A stretch of DNA of 64,000 nucleotides, taken from Macrostomum lignano. Its lineage: Eukaryota. Location of the stretch: positions 463,516-527,515 of the forward strand of contig NIVC01000462.1 of assembly GCA_002269645.1 (NCBI GenBank), written 5' to 3'. The first letter of the stretch is position 1. Each line of letters opens with the position of its first letter. Positions 38,736 to 48,729 of this stretch are shown here, one piece after another. The notes beneath the pieces are model-generated. The model ran no database searches and was not told the DNA's origin. It worked only from the letters and a program-made list of their open reading frames with translations. A program made the position numbers and the translations under genes.

Positions 38736-40818
38736 CATTATTAAATGCATTTTGATTGTCAAAAGCGATTAAATTAGCATACGCTTTTTCTGGATAGAAC
38801 TTTTCCTTGTAAAACTGTTCAATTTTGATCATTCAATAAAATCAGAAAGAGAGTTTGATTTGGTTCTGTTATTGAACCGATTTTTTGCAACACCACAAAC
38901 AAGATTTCAAGACTCATAGGGGGAATCGCTGAGATTTCAAGGGTCAATTAGGAGTTGTTGGTTTAGGCAAGTCGTAACTTTTAGGGAGACTTTGATGCCA
39001 AAGCTCACCATTGATGCTGAGATCTTAGACTAAACAGCTGGCTCTCAGGCCCGATGCTTAGCTCTATACATCAGTTTCCTTAAAATACTAGCAATAGCAC
39101 CTAGGTACCTAGAGTTGTCTTGCGCGGCTTATGTGCCAGCGGCCCAGGCTCGATTTCCAGTGCAGTCACATTTAAATTTGGGGCTAAATTGGAATCTCAA
39201 CTGGGTCTGCTCGTGCAATTAACGTCCCTGAGGGCCACCCCCATAACGATTAAATAAAGTTATGGCCTCATCTATACACTCCTGTGTGTATGACTGCGCA
39301 CGTATCCTCGCGCTTGTGTTACCTGCCTAGGGAAGTCCGCGGAATGGGCAGTAAGGCCTCTCACCGGCTGTGTGACATTGTCGCTTAAAGTGCACCACGG
39401 TAATTTACTCTCGCAAAATGACATATGGATATTTAAAACTGCAGTTTAGAGATTAGATTAAAGATACAATCGATCATCTTCTTGGCTTGAAAACACCTGC
39501 CATACTTGTAGCTTGTTTGATTGCTACCAAGAAGATATATAGTCCGCGTTTTCTGCGTTGGAAAAACATTAGAGAAATTCCTGCATAGTTTCGATTTTGT
39601 TAAATAATAATCGGACTATTGCAATAAGTACGCGAAACTCCGCAGGGATTCCTCAATTTTTTAAGGAAAAAGTATGCCCAATATTAATTTTTTATCTCCA
39701 CCAGCCCAGAAGTTTATCAGATTCCACATTGTAAATTTACTTAGTAGAACCTGATTTGCATACTGCAGTCGAAACACCCACGCAGCGTTATACAGAATTG
39801 TAGAGAGAGAATTGTGCAAATTCATTCAAACCCAGGTTAGGCTTCATTATTTGAGCCAAATTCAGATCCGGATGTGAAACTTGAATAAGAAATCAACATG
39901 TAGCAGCAGCTCTACTTGTGAGAATTTGCATCCGGCATCATCGGGTTGGTGCGACATGCAAGCATTTATCTTGGCAACTGCAAACTCTGATAATTCGTAT
40001 TTAGTTACACAGATTCGTTACCTAAACGACACTGGGACCCTGCGAAATGCTTTGGCTCATGGGGGAAGTTGCTGAAATTGGGAGTTTTTTGTAGGCCAAG
40101 CATCAATGGGAAACCTGCATGTAGTTATTAAAAAAATGCATTCCTTTCTTTGCTGCCTCCCCATATCGTCTAATCGTCTATATCCTTTCTTCAAACTTGT
40201 ACAAGATCATTGCACAAAATCATGGCTAAACAAATTAGAACGATGATCAGTTTCAGGCTGGACTAGAATTAGTCTCCATCGATGAAGGAATAAAAAGGTC
40301 AAATTTAGTCAAATCTGTGCCAGTCTGAATCATCAATCTTCATTTTTCATTTGAATGAAGAAAAAACCAAATAGGACGCAAAAATGCGTAAATTAAAATC
40401 CAGGGATAAATCATAAGGCTTACTTGAATTCGAAAGCAGCTTGTCAGTTTTATTGTAACCGTGAGAAAAACCTCGAACTCAACAAAACTTCATGGTTTTG
40501 AACCCTGTTACTCGAGCTATTTCTGGAGCTTACTTGTGTTAGTTGTGGAGTAGTTTGCTATAAAATGTGTGGAGTAAACTCGAACTACATGCACAGCTGC
40601 TGAATTCTAGTAGCAGTAAAGCACGTTACATATTTTGAAAAAGGGCAACACAGTGTAGATCATGGAAAGCTTCTAAAAAGTGAATTAATTTATAAATCAG
40701 AAGCTTTTGTGTCAAAGACAATTTAAACGCAATTATCATCCCTTCCATCTGAACAAGTAGCAAGACGTTTTGGTTTCTTTTCACATCAAATCGATTAGCT
40801 GCCAAGATCAAAAGTCAG

Positions 40819-41535
40819 TCAGCCGCGCACAAAGAAGTCTCCATCGATGCTGCTCAGACTGGCAGGCGGGTAGGCGAACCTCAGCAGGTGGCACAGGCGC
40901 TGCTGGCCAGAGAAAATCACAGCCTGGCAGTCAGCTGAGGCCTCGCACAGCATCAAACACTCGGCCTTGGTTTTGGCAGCGCTGGTCCAGTAGGTGCTCT
41001 GGGTGGACTCCACCGTCTGGTTGGGCATCTGCGACTGCTTGAAATACTTTTTATCTGCAAAAATAGAAGAGTGACTTTTACAAAATCTGCCAAAATTTTG
41101 TTTGAAAAGTCTAAAAAAATTGTAGAAAGACCCACCTGGGTAGGTCAAAGCAAACACGGAATTACGATAGCCGCCTCCGCATTTAGGAGCTCCGTTCCCA
41201 GCGCAGACGCTGCTGCAGTCGGTCTCGCTAGCAGCTCCCAGAGATCCGTAGGAGCTGCCACAGAAGCACTGGACACCGACCTGCACCCCAAAGTACGGGA
41301 AGCCGCCCAGAGAGCAGACGCTGCTGCAGAGCTCGTGTGTCATACTGGCACTGATGAATGCGTGGTTAAGGGTATTCATGCTGAACTGTCCAATTCTGCT
41401 CACACCGATGAGTCCCTTCAGATCTCTGCCTCGATTGTCCACAAAGCAGCCAATGTAGGACACCTGAGTTACTCTACCGGCAGCACAGAGCACCAGGACG
41501 GCGAGACCCACAATGCAGACAAAAGCCTTGAGCAT
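40819..41535 (-). CDS. W2: secreted WSC + PAN/Apple-like protein, 2 exons, 211 aa
   Basis: Exons 41535-41136 and 41054-40819. Signal peptide MLKAFVCIVGLAVLVLCAAG; same domain layout and phase-1 intron position as W1. Confidence 0.88.
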   Translation of the reverse strand: MLKAFVCIVGLAVLVLCAAGRVTQVSYIGCFVDNRGRDLKGLIGVSRIGQFSMNTLNHAFISASMTHELCSSVCSLGGFPYFGVQVGVQCFCGSSYGSLGAASETDCSSVCAGNGAPKCGGGYRNSVFALTYPGGSFYNFFRLFKQNFGRFCKSHSSIFADKKYFKQSQMPNQTVESTQSTYWTSAAKTKAECLMLCEASADCQAVIFSGQQRLCHLLRFAYPPASLSSIDGDFFVRG

Positions 41536-41612
41536 AGTTACTTGAGTAGCTGGGATTTCAGCTCTGCTGTTGGTCCTACGAGTGCAGTAGGCGATAAAAC
41601 CTGTTTGTCTGC

Positions 41613-41619
41613 TTTTATA
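41613..41619 (-). promoter_or_regulatory. Candidate TATA box of W2
   Basis: TATAAAA on the minus strand about 80 nt upstream of the ATG. Confidence 0.5.
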
Positions 41620-42159
41620 CCGTTTTTTTAGAGACAATCTGGTTGGATAAAAGCCAGTAAACTAATGAGCTCAATGTACTATTTACAGTAGCATATCTAC
41701 ATAGATATTAAGAGTAATTTTAACTTCATTTGATGAAATTCTCTGATCAGCCAGCTGCTCTACCAGCACCTCCCCAGACCATCAGCTTCAGGCAGTGCCT
41801 TTTGATTCTCGCAAGTAAAATACAACTCTTTTCATTTGTGTTTTGTCCAAATGGACGATTCAAGAAACAACTCCTATTATCCTAGAAAATGTAAAAAGCG
41901 TATGCGATGCCGCTGCTAAAATGCTGAGGTCGCCGATTCGGGGGAATCTTTTGCTCTGCCTCTTTCGTCCTGCTTAAAGCTCATAATGTAATAATTTTGA
42001 AAGGAATTTAGAGAACTCCAGATAGCAAGCCAAGAGTAGAGCAACCATGCAAGCAATGAGACACATCCTGAGCTCACTTCTCATGTCAGCCATCCAGTCA
42101 GAACTACTCGTCCGTGGCAACAGAATAGTAGTATTTGATTTTTTTGTTTCAATTATTTT

Positions 42160-43238
42160 TTCGAGGAAGACCGACTGCGCATTCTGTGTAGATTCTGTGG
42201 CCGGAGATCCCTCCCTGGCAACGGGACGAGATCGGGCCGGCCGGGAGACAACTTGGACGAAGATGGAGAAGGCCCGGACTCCCCAGAGAGAACCTGAAGA
42301 ATGTACTGTTGAAGGGGAAGAGACGAAAAGTACTGCAGGGACAGAGGTTTTGGAAAAGGGAAGAGCCGCATCCAACTCAACCAATGCGTTGAAATCCCCA
42401 CTCCGCCACCCCCGCGAGGGCAGAGCGGATTTCCATAGCAACTCTATCAGGGACTGCATCCACAACTCAAAACATTGCAAATGCGTACCGTTGTGAAGAT
42501 CGCGCTGCCCCTGCCTCTGAGAAAAGGAACTTCGACAGTCATTATAAAAATAGAAATCTGCTCAGCTTTGCACTGCCTTAATTACGTCTCAAAGTCGAGC
42601 ATTCAGTCGTTGCGACGCTTCTCCGACTGTACAATGGCGGCTCAGATTTTCTTGAGATCGTCAACTTTGCATTAGAGAGAACACATTGACGCTGCAGGAA
42701 TAGGAACAGTGGTTGTCTAGCGAGTAAGTGCAGGCTTTTGAGCAGGTTCGAATTCGAGATCAGGCTCAACGTCTTGTTTGTCTACTTTTCGTTACTTGAT
42801 GACAGCGACAAGGAAATTCTGAGGACATCAGTATCATAAAATGCCAGCACCGATTTCACAACTCAAACTTTTTTGCAACAAGAAAGCTGTTGTCGCAAAA
42901 ACCAAGCACACATTGTACTTTTGTCACAGCTCTTGAACCTCTAACGGCTCGGTTGAAATTTTGGGGCGACCATGAAAACTTTGCCGCAGTCTCTAGATGC
43001 TGCTCAGGAATAGAGAAATCCCTGCATAAACCATAGAAAAAAGCGTTGAAAAAGTAATATAGCAGTCGTTGTAATATATCTATCAACAGAAACCTTAAAC
43101 TGCATGGCTTAACTGCAACTCATATGATTCTGCCCCATCCTAGGAGAATATTTATTATTTATGATGCATGAACTTCCAGGCTACCTGAGTCCGTTGACGG
43201 TCAACCGCCCAGCGGGATAAATTGAAGGATTGAGTTGA
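42160..43238 (+). pseudogene. RAG1L: Decayed RAG1-like (RAG1L) gene, N-terminal part: Zn-binding region, RING, NBD and start of core
   Basis: Collinear motifs across stops and frameshifts, compared with recalled human RAG1. LRILCRFCG (42175; LRHLCRICG). DCIHNSKHCKC (about 42452; DSIHPTEFCHNC). DISIIKCQHRF (C at 42842; DPVETNCKHVF). GRP*KLCRSL (42964; GRPRQHLLSL). YLSTETLNCM (FLSCSQYHKM). *FCPIL (IFQPLH). LPGYLSPLTVNRPAG*IEGLS (43173-43235; [29 protein letters not shown]). Confidence 0.78.
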
Positions 43239-43259
43239 GCCTCATTAAAATATTTTCTG

Positions 43260-44040
43260 CTTAAACCAGCTAGTTTAGGTCGCGTTAGCCACGCTTTTTC
43301 CAACTGGAATTTGGGAGGGTAAAGTTTTTGCCTGACTGCGCAAGGCTTCGGAGAATAATATAATATAATACTAATATGCGTTTTGCAATAGCCAACCAAT
43401 TTAGCACTAAACTGCTGCAGCTCAGGAGCCCTGCCAGAGCTGAGTGAGCTGTGACAGAGTGAGCTGTCTGTGCATTTTCCGGAATCACACGCCAACCTTT
43501 CATACCAGCTCTTTCCAATTGCCTTTCCCACAGAATAGTCTTCATCTTGCATCATCACGTTCCGTCTGCAGTAGTAGCAAGCAAGCATTGACTCCGGAAG
43601 CTTTCTAAGTACTATTTGAAACTCTGAATGCGATTTTAGCAAGGAATGGCTGGCAACCTAAAATACACCTTTTGCTTCTTACCTGCTTTTTACTGCGCCC
43701 AATTTGGTGCGCTGCAAAGATTCCAGCAGAGTTTCTGTTCACTATAGACAAATTGAGATCACCATGCATGCAGGCAATCTGGTTTTCTTGCTATCAACTT
43801 GGTTAATTTCACGAACAACGAACTCCAATCCATCAGTCACGCTGCATCTACTGTCCTATCTCTGTCCACCAGACTGACTTATCGTATACTTCTCTTCTTG
43901 AAGCTGTGAAATCCTAGAAGTCCTTGGCTTGCAGTCAAACCAAATTGACTTGTGTTGTCTATGGCTTTTTGTAGCTTGTCTGTGTAAATCTCACCACGCT
44001 GTCAGACTGATGATGGCCACACAACAAGTTAAATGAAGAA
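43260..44040 (-). pseudogene. RAG1L: Decayed RAG1-like gene, C-terminal catalytic-core part (inverted)
   Basis: Minus-strand motifs, in order, compared with recalled human RAG1. RFTQTSYKK (FRGTGYDEK). LTASQGLLGFHSFKKRS (43938-43888; LEASQNLVFHSITRS). QRD*WIGV (LRDRVKGV). IACMHGDLN (43778; IDALHCDIGN). IFAAHQIG (IFQLEIG). MKGWR (43503; MKPVWR). KCTDSSLCHSSLSSGRAPEL (43477-43418; ECPESLCQYSFNSQRFAEL). YIILRSLAQ (YFHKTLAH). WKKRG*RDLN*LV (43302; WASEGNESGNKLF). Confidence 0.8.
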
Positions 44041-44725
44041 GTTCAAATCAATTTACACATAAGCTTGTAGTAGACCTAAACGAATGTTCGAAAAGTGTGT
44101 CGTAAAACCAGGTGTAAATCAAAAAAACTTTTTTAAATGAAAAAAATAGATTTTCAATATTATTGTGAACGTGAGAAATAACTCGAATTTAAAGAAACTT
44201 TAAATAAATTTGGACCCATGTTGTTATTGAAGCTTACTTATGAACTAGGTAACTATAAAACGTGGAGTACACTTGATTTAAAGCTTTTTAAGACTCATAA
44301 CACACATCTTGCTTCTTATTTGGCTTTTATGGCGTTCAATTTGATGCGTTTCAAAAATCCCTTGACTAACAACTGAACTGAAATATTTGTTTAAATAAAC
44401 GTTTTAAAACTTTATTGCAAAAGCAGGTGTAAATCAATATATTGTGGCGGCCCAATCAGTACGCAGCCAGCGATTGCGAGTACATCTGCACTGAAACCCC
44501 CTGCCCGCCAGGTTGGGGGGTGGGTGTACTCGGACAGACAGTCAGTATGCTAAGTTGGGGGGTTGGCCTTCAATCGTGCCACCTTTTTGGCGCACCTCCT
44601 CACGTGATCGCGTGCTTATTTATACTTAACGCGTAAAGCAAATAAACTTTCACTTTTCTCGCTTGCAACTTACTTCGTTTTCGCAAGCCGCTAAATTGGT
44701 GAGCCCGACATAGCTATTTCGTACA

Positions 44726-45448
44726 ATGGCTTCCAACACAGAGGCAGCTGTCTCTCTCAAACTGCCCACATTTTGGGCAGCTCAACCCCGCGCGTGGTTC
44801 ATTCAAGCCGAAGCCCAGTTTTCTCTGCGCGGAATCACGCAAGATGCGACCAAGTACAACTACTTGGTGGCAGCGCTCGACCAGCAAACGGCTGAACGCC
44901 TCCTCGACATTTTAGAGGCTCCCCCAGCAGAGGGCAAGTACGAGACGCTGAAGCAACGTCTCAAAGGCACCTTCGACTTGACGAGGCAGCAGAGGGCCAG
45001 TCGCCTGCTCAACATGACCGGCCTCGGTGATCGGCGGCCATCAGAACTCATGGATGAGATGCTCGCCCTGCTGGGAGACCACCCACCGTGCCTGCTCTTC
45101 GAAGAGCTGTTCCGCCAGCAGCTGCCGCCGGACATGCGCATGGCCATGGCAACCGCCGACTTCGCGGAGCCTCGGCAAGCAGCGCAGCTCGCCGACAGGC
45201 TGTGGGCCAGCAGGCCGCAGCTCACCGCTGCCTCCGTCCAGCAGCCAGCGGTGGCGACCTCCCCACCGCCTGACCAGCCGGCGGTGGCTTTGGCCAGCAG
45301 GAGCGGCCACCCGGTCCGGCAACATCGGCCCCCACAGCGCGGTCAGGACAGCGGGCTGTGCTTTTATCATCGTCGGTTCGGCGCGAAGGCCCATCGCTGC
45401 GAGGCACCCTGCAGCTTCCAGGGAAACGGGCAGGCCGGCCGTCAGTGA
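44726..45448 (+). CDS. gag: Gypsy gag
   Basis: N-terminal VSLKLPTFWAAQPRAWFIQAEAQF, and CFYHRRFGAKAHRCEAPC = C-x2-H-x9-C-x3-C (CHCC, the CsRn1-clade hallmark). Confidence 0.9.
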   Translation: MASNTEAAVSLKLPTFWAAQPRAWFIQAEAQFSLRGITQDATKYNYLVAALDQQTAERLLDILEAPPAEGKYETLKQRLKGTFDLTRQQRASRLLNMTGLGDRRPSELMDEMLALLGDHPPCLLFEELFRQQLPPDMRMAMATADFAEPRQAAQLADRLWASRPQLTAASVQQPAVATSPPPDQPAVALASRSGHPVRQHRPPQRGQDSGLCFYHRRFGAKAHRCEAPCSFQGNGQAGRQ

Positions 45449-45465
45449 ACAGCTCGGCGGCCGGC
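45421..45465 (+). promoter_or_regulatory. -1 programmed ribosomal frameshift signal (gag-pol)
   Basis: Slippery heptamer G GGA AAC (45421-45427) in the correct gag phase, then a 6-nt spacer and a 10-bp stem (45434-45443 pairing with 45456-45465). Pol is in the -1 frame. Confidence 0.8.
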
Positions 45466-47597
45466 AACAACAGCAACCTGTTGCTCATTCCCGATGTGCT
45501 GACGGGCCGGCGTTTTCTGGTCGACACGGGCGCCGAGGTCAGCATCTTCCCTGTCACTGGTACCGATGCACGCCTGCGGTCCCCTGGCCCGCCGCTTTAC
45601 GCAGCCAATGGCAGCCTGATACGCACTTTCGGCTCCCGGCAGCTCACGCTCGACCTCGGCATCAAGCGCTGCTCCTGGCCGTTCGTCTTGGCCGAAGTCT
45701 CGCTCCTCTGCTCGGCGCGGACTTCCTCCGCCACCACGGCCTGCTGGTGGACCTGCCGCACCGGCGGCTCCTGGACGCTCGCTCGCTCGCCAGCGTGCAC
45801 CTGCTGGACGGAATCGGGCCTGGTCTGCAGCTCGCCGCGGCAGCCACCGCGGACCCGTACAGCCAGCTGCTGGCCGAGTTCCCCGCCCTCACCGAGCCCA
45901 GTTTCCAGCGGGCTGCGCCACGGCACGGGATGGAGCACCACATCCCGACGCAGGGCCCGCCGGTCAACGCCCGCCCTCGCCGCCTGCCGCTGGACAAGCT
46001 GGCGGTGGCCAAGGAGGAGTTCCGGCTCCTGGAGCAGCTCGGCATCGTGCGCCGGTCCAACAGCCCGTGGTCCTCACCGCTGCACATGGTGCCCAAGGCC
46101 TCGGGCGGCTGGCGTCCCTGCGGCGATTTTCGGCGGCTCAACGATGCCACGGTGCCCTACCGCTACCCGGTGCCGCATATTCAGGACTTTTCCGCGCGCC
46201 TGGCCGGGTGCTCGGTCTTCTCCAAGATCGACCTGGTTCGCGGCTACCACCAGGTGCCCGTGGCTGCGGCCGATGTGCCCAAGACCGCCGTCATCACCCC
46301 GTTCGGCCTCTTCGAGTTCCTGCGAATGCCGTTCGGGCTCAAGAACGCCGCCCAGGCCTTCCAGCGGTTGGTGGACTCCATCTGCCAGGATCTCGACTTC
46401 GTTTTCGCCTACATTGACGATTTCCTAGTCGCCAGCCGCAGCCCGCAGCAGCACCTGGAGCACCTGCGCACGCTGTTCCAGCGCCTGGCGGACAACGGTC
46501 TGATCATCAACCCGGCGAAGTGCGAGTTCGGCCGCAGTGAGATCGACTTCCTCGGCCACCGGATCAGCGCCCAGGGAGCCGTGCCGCTGCCCGCCAAAGT
46601 CGACGCCATCGCCAGGTTCGCGCCGCCAGCCACCGTCAAAGGCCTGCAGGAGTTCGCCGGCGTGGTGAATTTTTACCACCGCTTCGTGCCGCGCGCCGCC
46701 CAGCTGCTGCGCCCCATCCATGCGGCCACTGCTGGCAAGGAGAAGCTCGTGAGGTGGACACCCGAGCTGACTGCCGCCTTCGAAGGAGCCAAGCGGGCAC
46801 TGGCTTCTGCCGCCCTGTTGGCGCACCCGCGGCGGACGCGCCCATCGCCCTCACTGTCGACGCCTCGGACACCGCCGTCGGCGCAGCGCTCGAGCAGCGG
46901 GTGGGCGGCGCGTGGCAGCCGCTCGCTTTCTTCAGCCGGCAGCTCCGAGCGCCTGAGCAGAAGTACAGCGCGTTCGACCGTGAGCTGCTTGCCCTGTACC
47001 TGGCGGTCCGGCATTTCCGCTACGCGCTCGAGGGCCGCGCCTTCACCGCCTTCACGGACCACAAGCCAGTCGTTGCGGCCATGTCTAAGATGTCGGACCC
47101 GGGGTCAGCACGACAGCAGCGGCATCTGGCGTACGTGTGTGAGTTCACCACCGATGTCCAGCACGTGGCGGGACAACCCGGTGGCGGACGCGCTGTCCCG
47201 CTGCACGATCGCCTCGGTGCAGCCCCGGCTGCTACCCTGTGTGGACTTCGCGGCCATGGCGCAGGCGCAGACAGCAGACCTGACTGCCCAAGAGGACGCT
47301 AGCCTTCAGCTCGAGCCGCTGCAGCTCAGCCCTGGCGTCGCCCTGCTGTGCGACATCTCGACCGGCCGGCCGCGCCCGCTGGTGCCTCCGGATTTCCGCC
47401 GCGCCGTTTTCGACGCCATCCACGGCCTCGCCCACCCGTCAGTCCGCAGCACGCGGCGCCTCGTGGCCGCCAAATTCGTGTGGGCTGGCATGAACCGGGA
47501 CGTCAGCCGGTGGGCGCGCACTTGCGTAGCCTGCCAGACGGCCAAGGTGCATCGGCACGTCACCGCCCCGGTAGAGAGCATTCGCGTCCCAATTTAA
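45422..47597 (+). pseudogene. pol: Gypsy pol (protease, RT, RNase H, partial integrase) with three indels
   Basis: FLVDTGAEVS (PR); MPFGLKNA...YIDD (RT); LTVDASD...AFDRELLA...FTDHKP (RNase H); HGLAHPS...CVAC (IN zinc finger). The frame changes near 45716, 46830 and 47170, and the sequence ends before the DDE core. Confidence 0.88.
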
Positions 47598-47987
47598 TTT
47601 GAATTTGCATTTGCATTTGCATTTAAATTTGCATTTTAATTTGAAATCAGCTTGTCAATTTTTATGTTACCGTGAAAAAATACTCGAACTTAAAGAAACT
47701 CCAACGCTTTGAACCCTTGCAATTTTTAAAGCTTACTTATAGAGTCATTTGCCATGAAATGTAGAAGTACACGCAAAGTCTCTAGTAGCAGGACACACAC
47801 TTTACAAGTGTTGAAAACGGACACAACAGCCTATATAATGCGTCTAAAAAGTACATGAATTTCTAAAACAGAAACCTTTTTTCAAAGCCAATCTGCAAAA
47901 AATTGCTTCACTTCTATCTGAACAATTAACAAGCGGTTTGTTTTATTTTTCACATCAGATCAATTGGCTGCCAGGATCGCAAGTCAG

Positions 47988-48729
47988 TCAACCGCGCACG
48001 AAGTAGTCTCCATCGATGCTGCTCAGACTGGCAGGCGGGTAGGCGAACCTCAGCAAGTGGCACAGGCGCTGCTGGCCAGAGAAAATCACAGCCTGGCAGT
48101 CAGCTGAGGCCTCGCACAGCCCCATACACTCGATGTCGGTTCGCGCAGCGCTGGTCCAGTAGGTGCTCTGGGTGGACTCCACCGTCTGGTTGGGCATCTG
48201 CATTTGCGACTGCTCGAAATAATTTTTATCTGTAAAAATGTACACAGACTTTTACCAAATTGGCCCAACTTTGGTTTTAAAAGCCTAAATGGTTGTATTG
48301 CAATATTAAGGACAGACTCAAGAACTTACCTGGGTAGGTCAAAGAAAACACGGAATTGCGATAGCCGCCTCCGCATTTAGGAGCTCCGTTCCCAGCGCAG
48401 ACGCTGCTGCAGTCGGTCTCGCTAGCAGCTCCCAGAGATCCGTAGGAGGTGCTGCAGTAACAATACTCACTGAACTGGATACCAAAGTACGGGAAGCCGC
48501 CCAGAGAGCAGACGCTGCTGCAGAGCTCGTGTGTCATACTGGCACTGTGAAATGCGTGGTTGCTGGTATCCATGCTGAACTGTCCAATTCTGCTCACACC
48601 GATGAGTCCCTTCAGATCTCTGTCTCCACTGTCCACAAAGCAGCCAATGTAGGACACCTGAGTTACTCTACCGGCAGCACAGAGCACCAGGACGGCGAGA
48701 CCCACAATGCAGGCGATGGTCTTGAGCAT
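47988..48729 (-). CDS. W3: secreted WSC + PAN/Apple-like protein, 2 exons, 213 aa
   Basis: Exons 48729-48330 and 48229-47988; close paralog of W2. Confidence 0.88.

Larger units (their letters stand above)
44443..47597 (+). mobile_element. Ty3/Gypsy LTR retrotransposon, CsRn1 clade, 3'-truncated
   Basis: The 5' LTR spans 44443-44695 (TGTGGCGGC...GCCGCTAAA, AATAAA at 44641). The PBS TGGTGAGCCCGAC at 44697 resembles a tRNA-Trp PBS. Gag has the CHCC knuckle and pol carries PR, RT, RNase H and the start of IN. There is no 3' LTR. Confidence 0.92.

Noticed and set aside
40649-40655. CACAGTG heptamer near the RAG1L relic
   Set aside because: An isolated 7-mer in the W2 3' flank, with no nonamer at 12/23 spacing, no partner TIR and no TSD. 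It is expected by chance.
41974-42496. ORFs 41974-42480 (-), 42047-42496 (+) and 43181-43642 (-) as intact genes
   Set aside because: They are chance open stretches overlapping the decayed RAG1L, whose homologous motifs switch frames within them.
44860-47602. Many antisense and alternate-frame ORFs within the Gypsy element and the RTE element (58980-60439)
   Set aside because: Shadow ORFs of GC-rich coding sequence.
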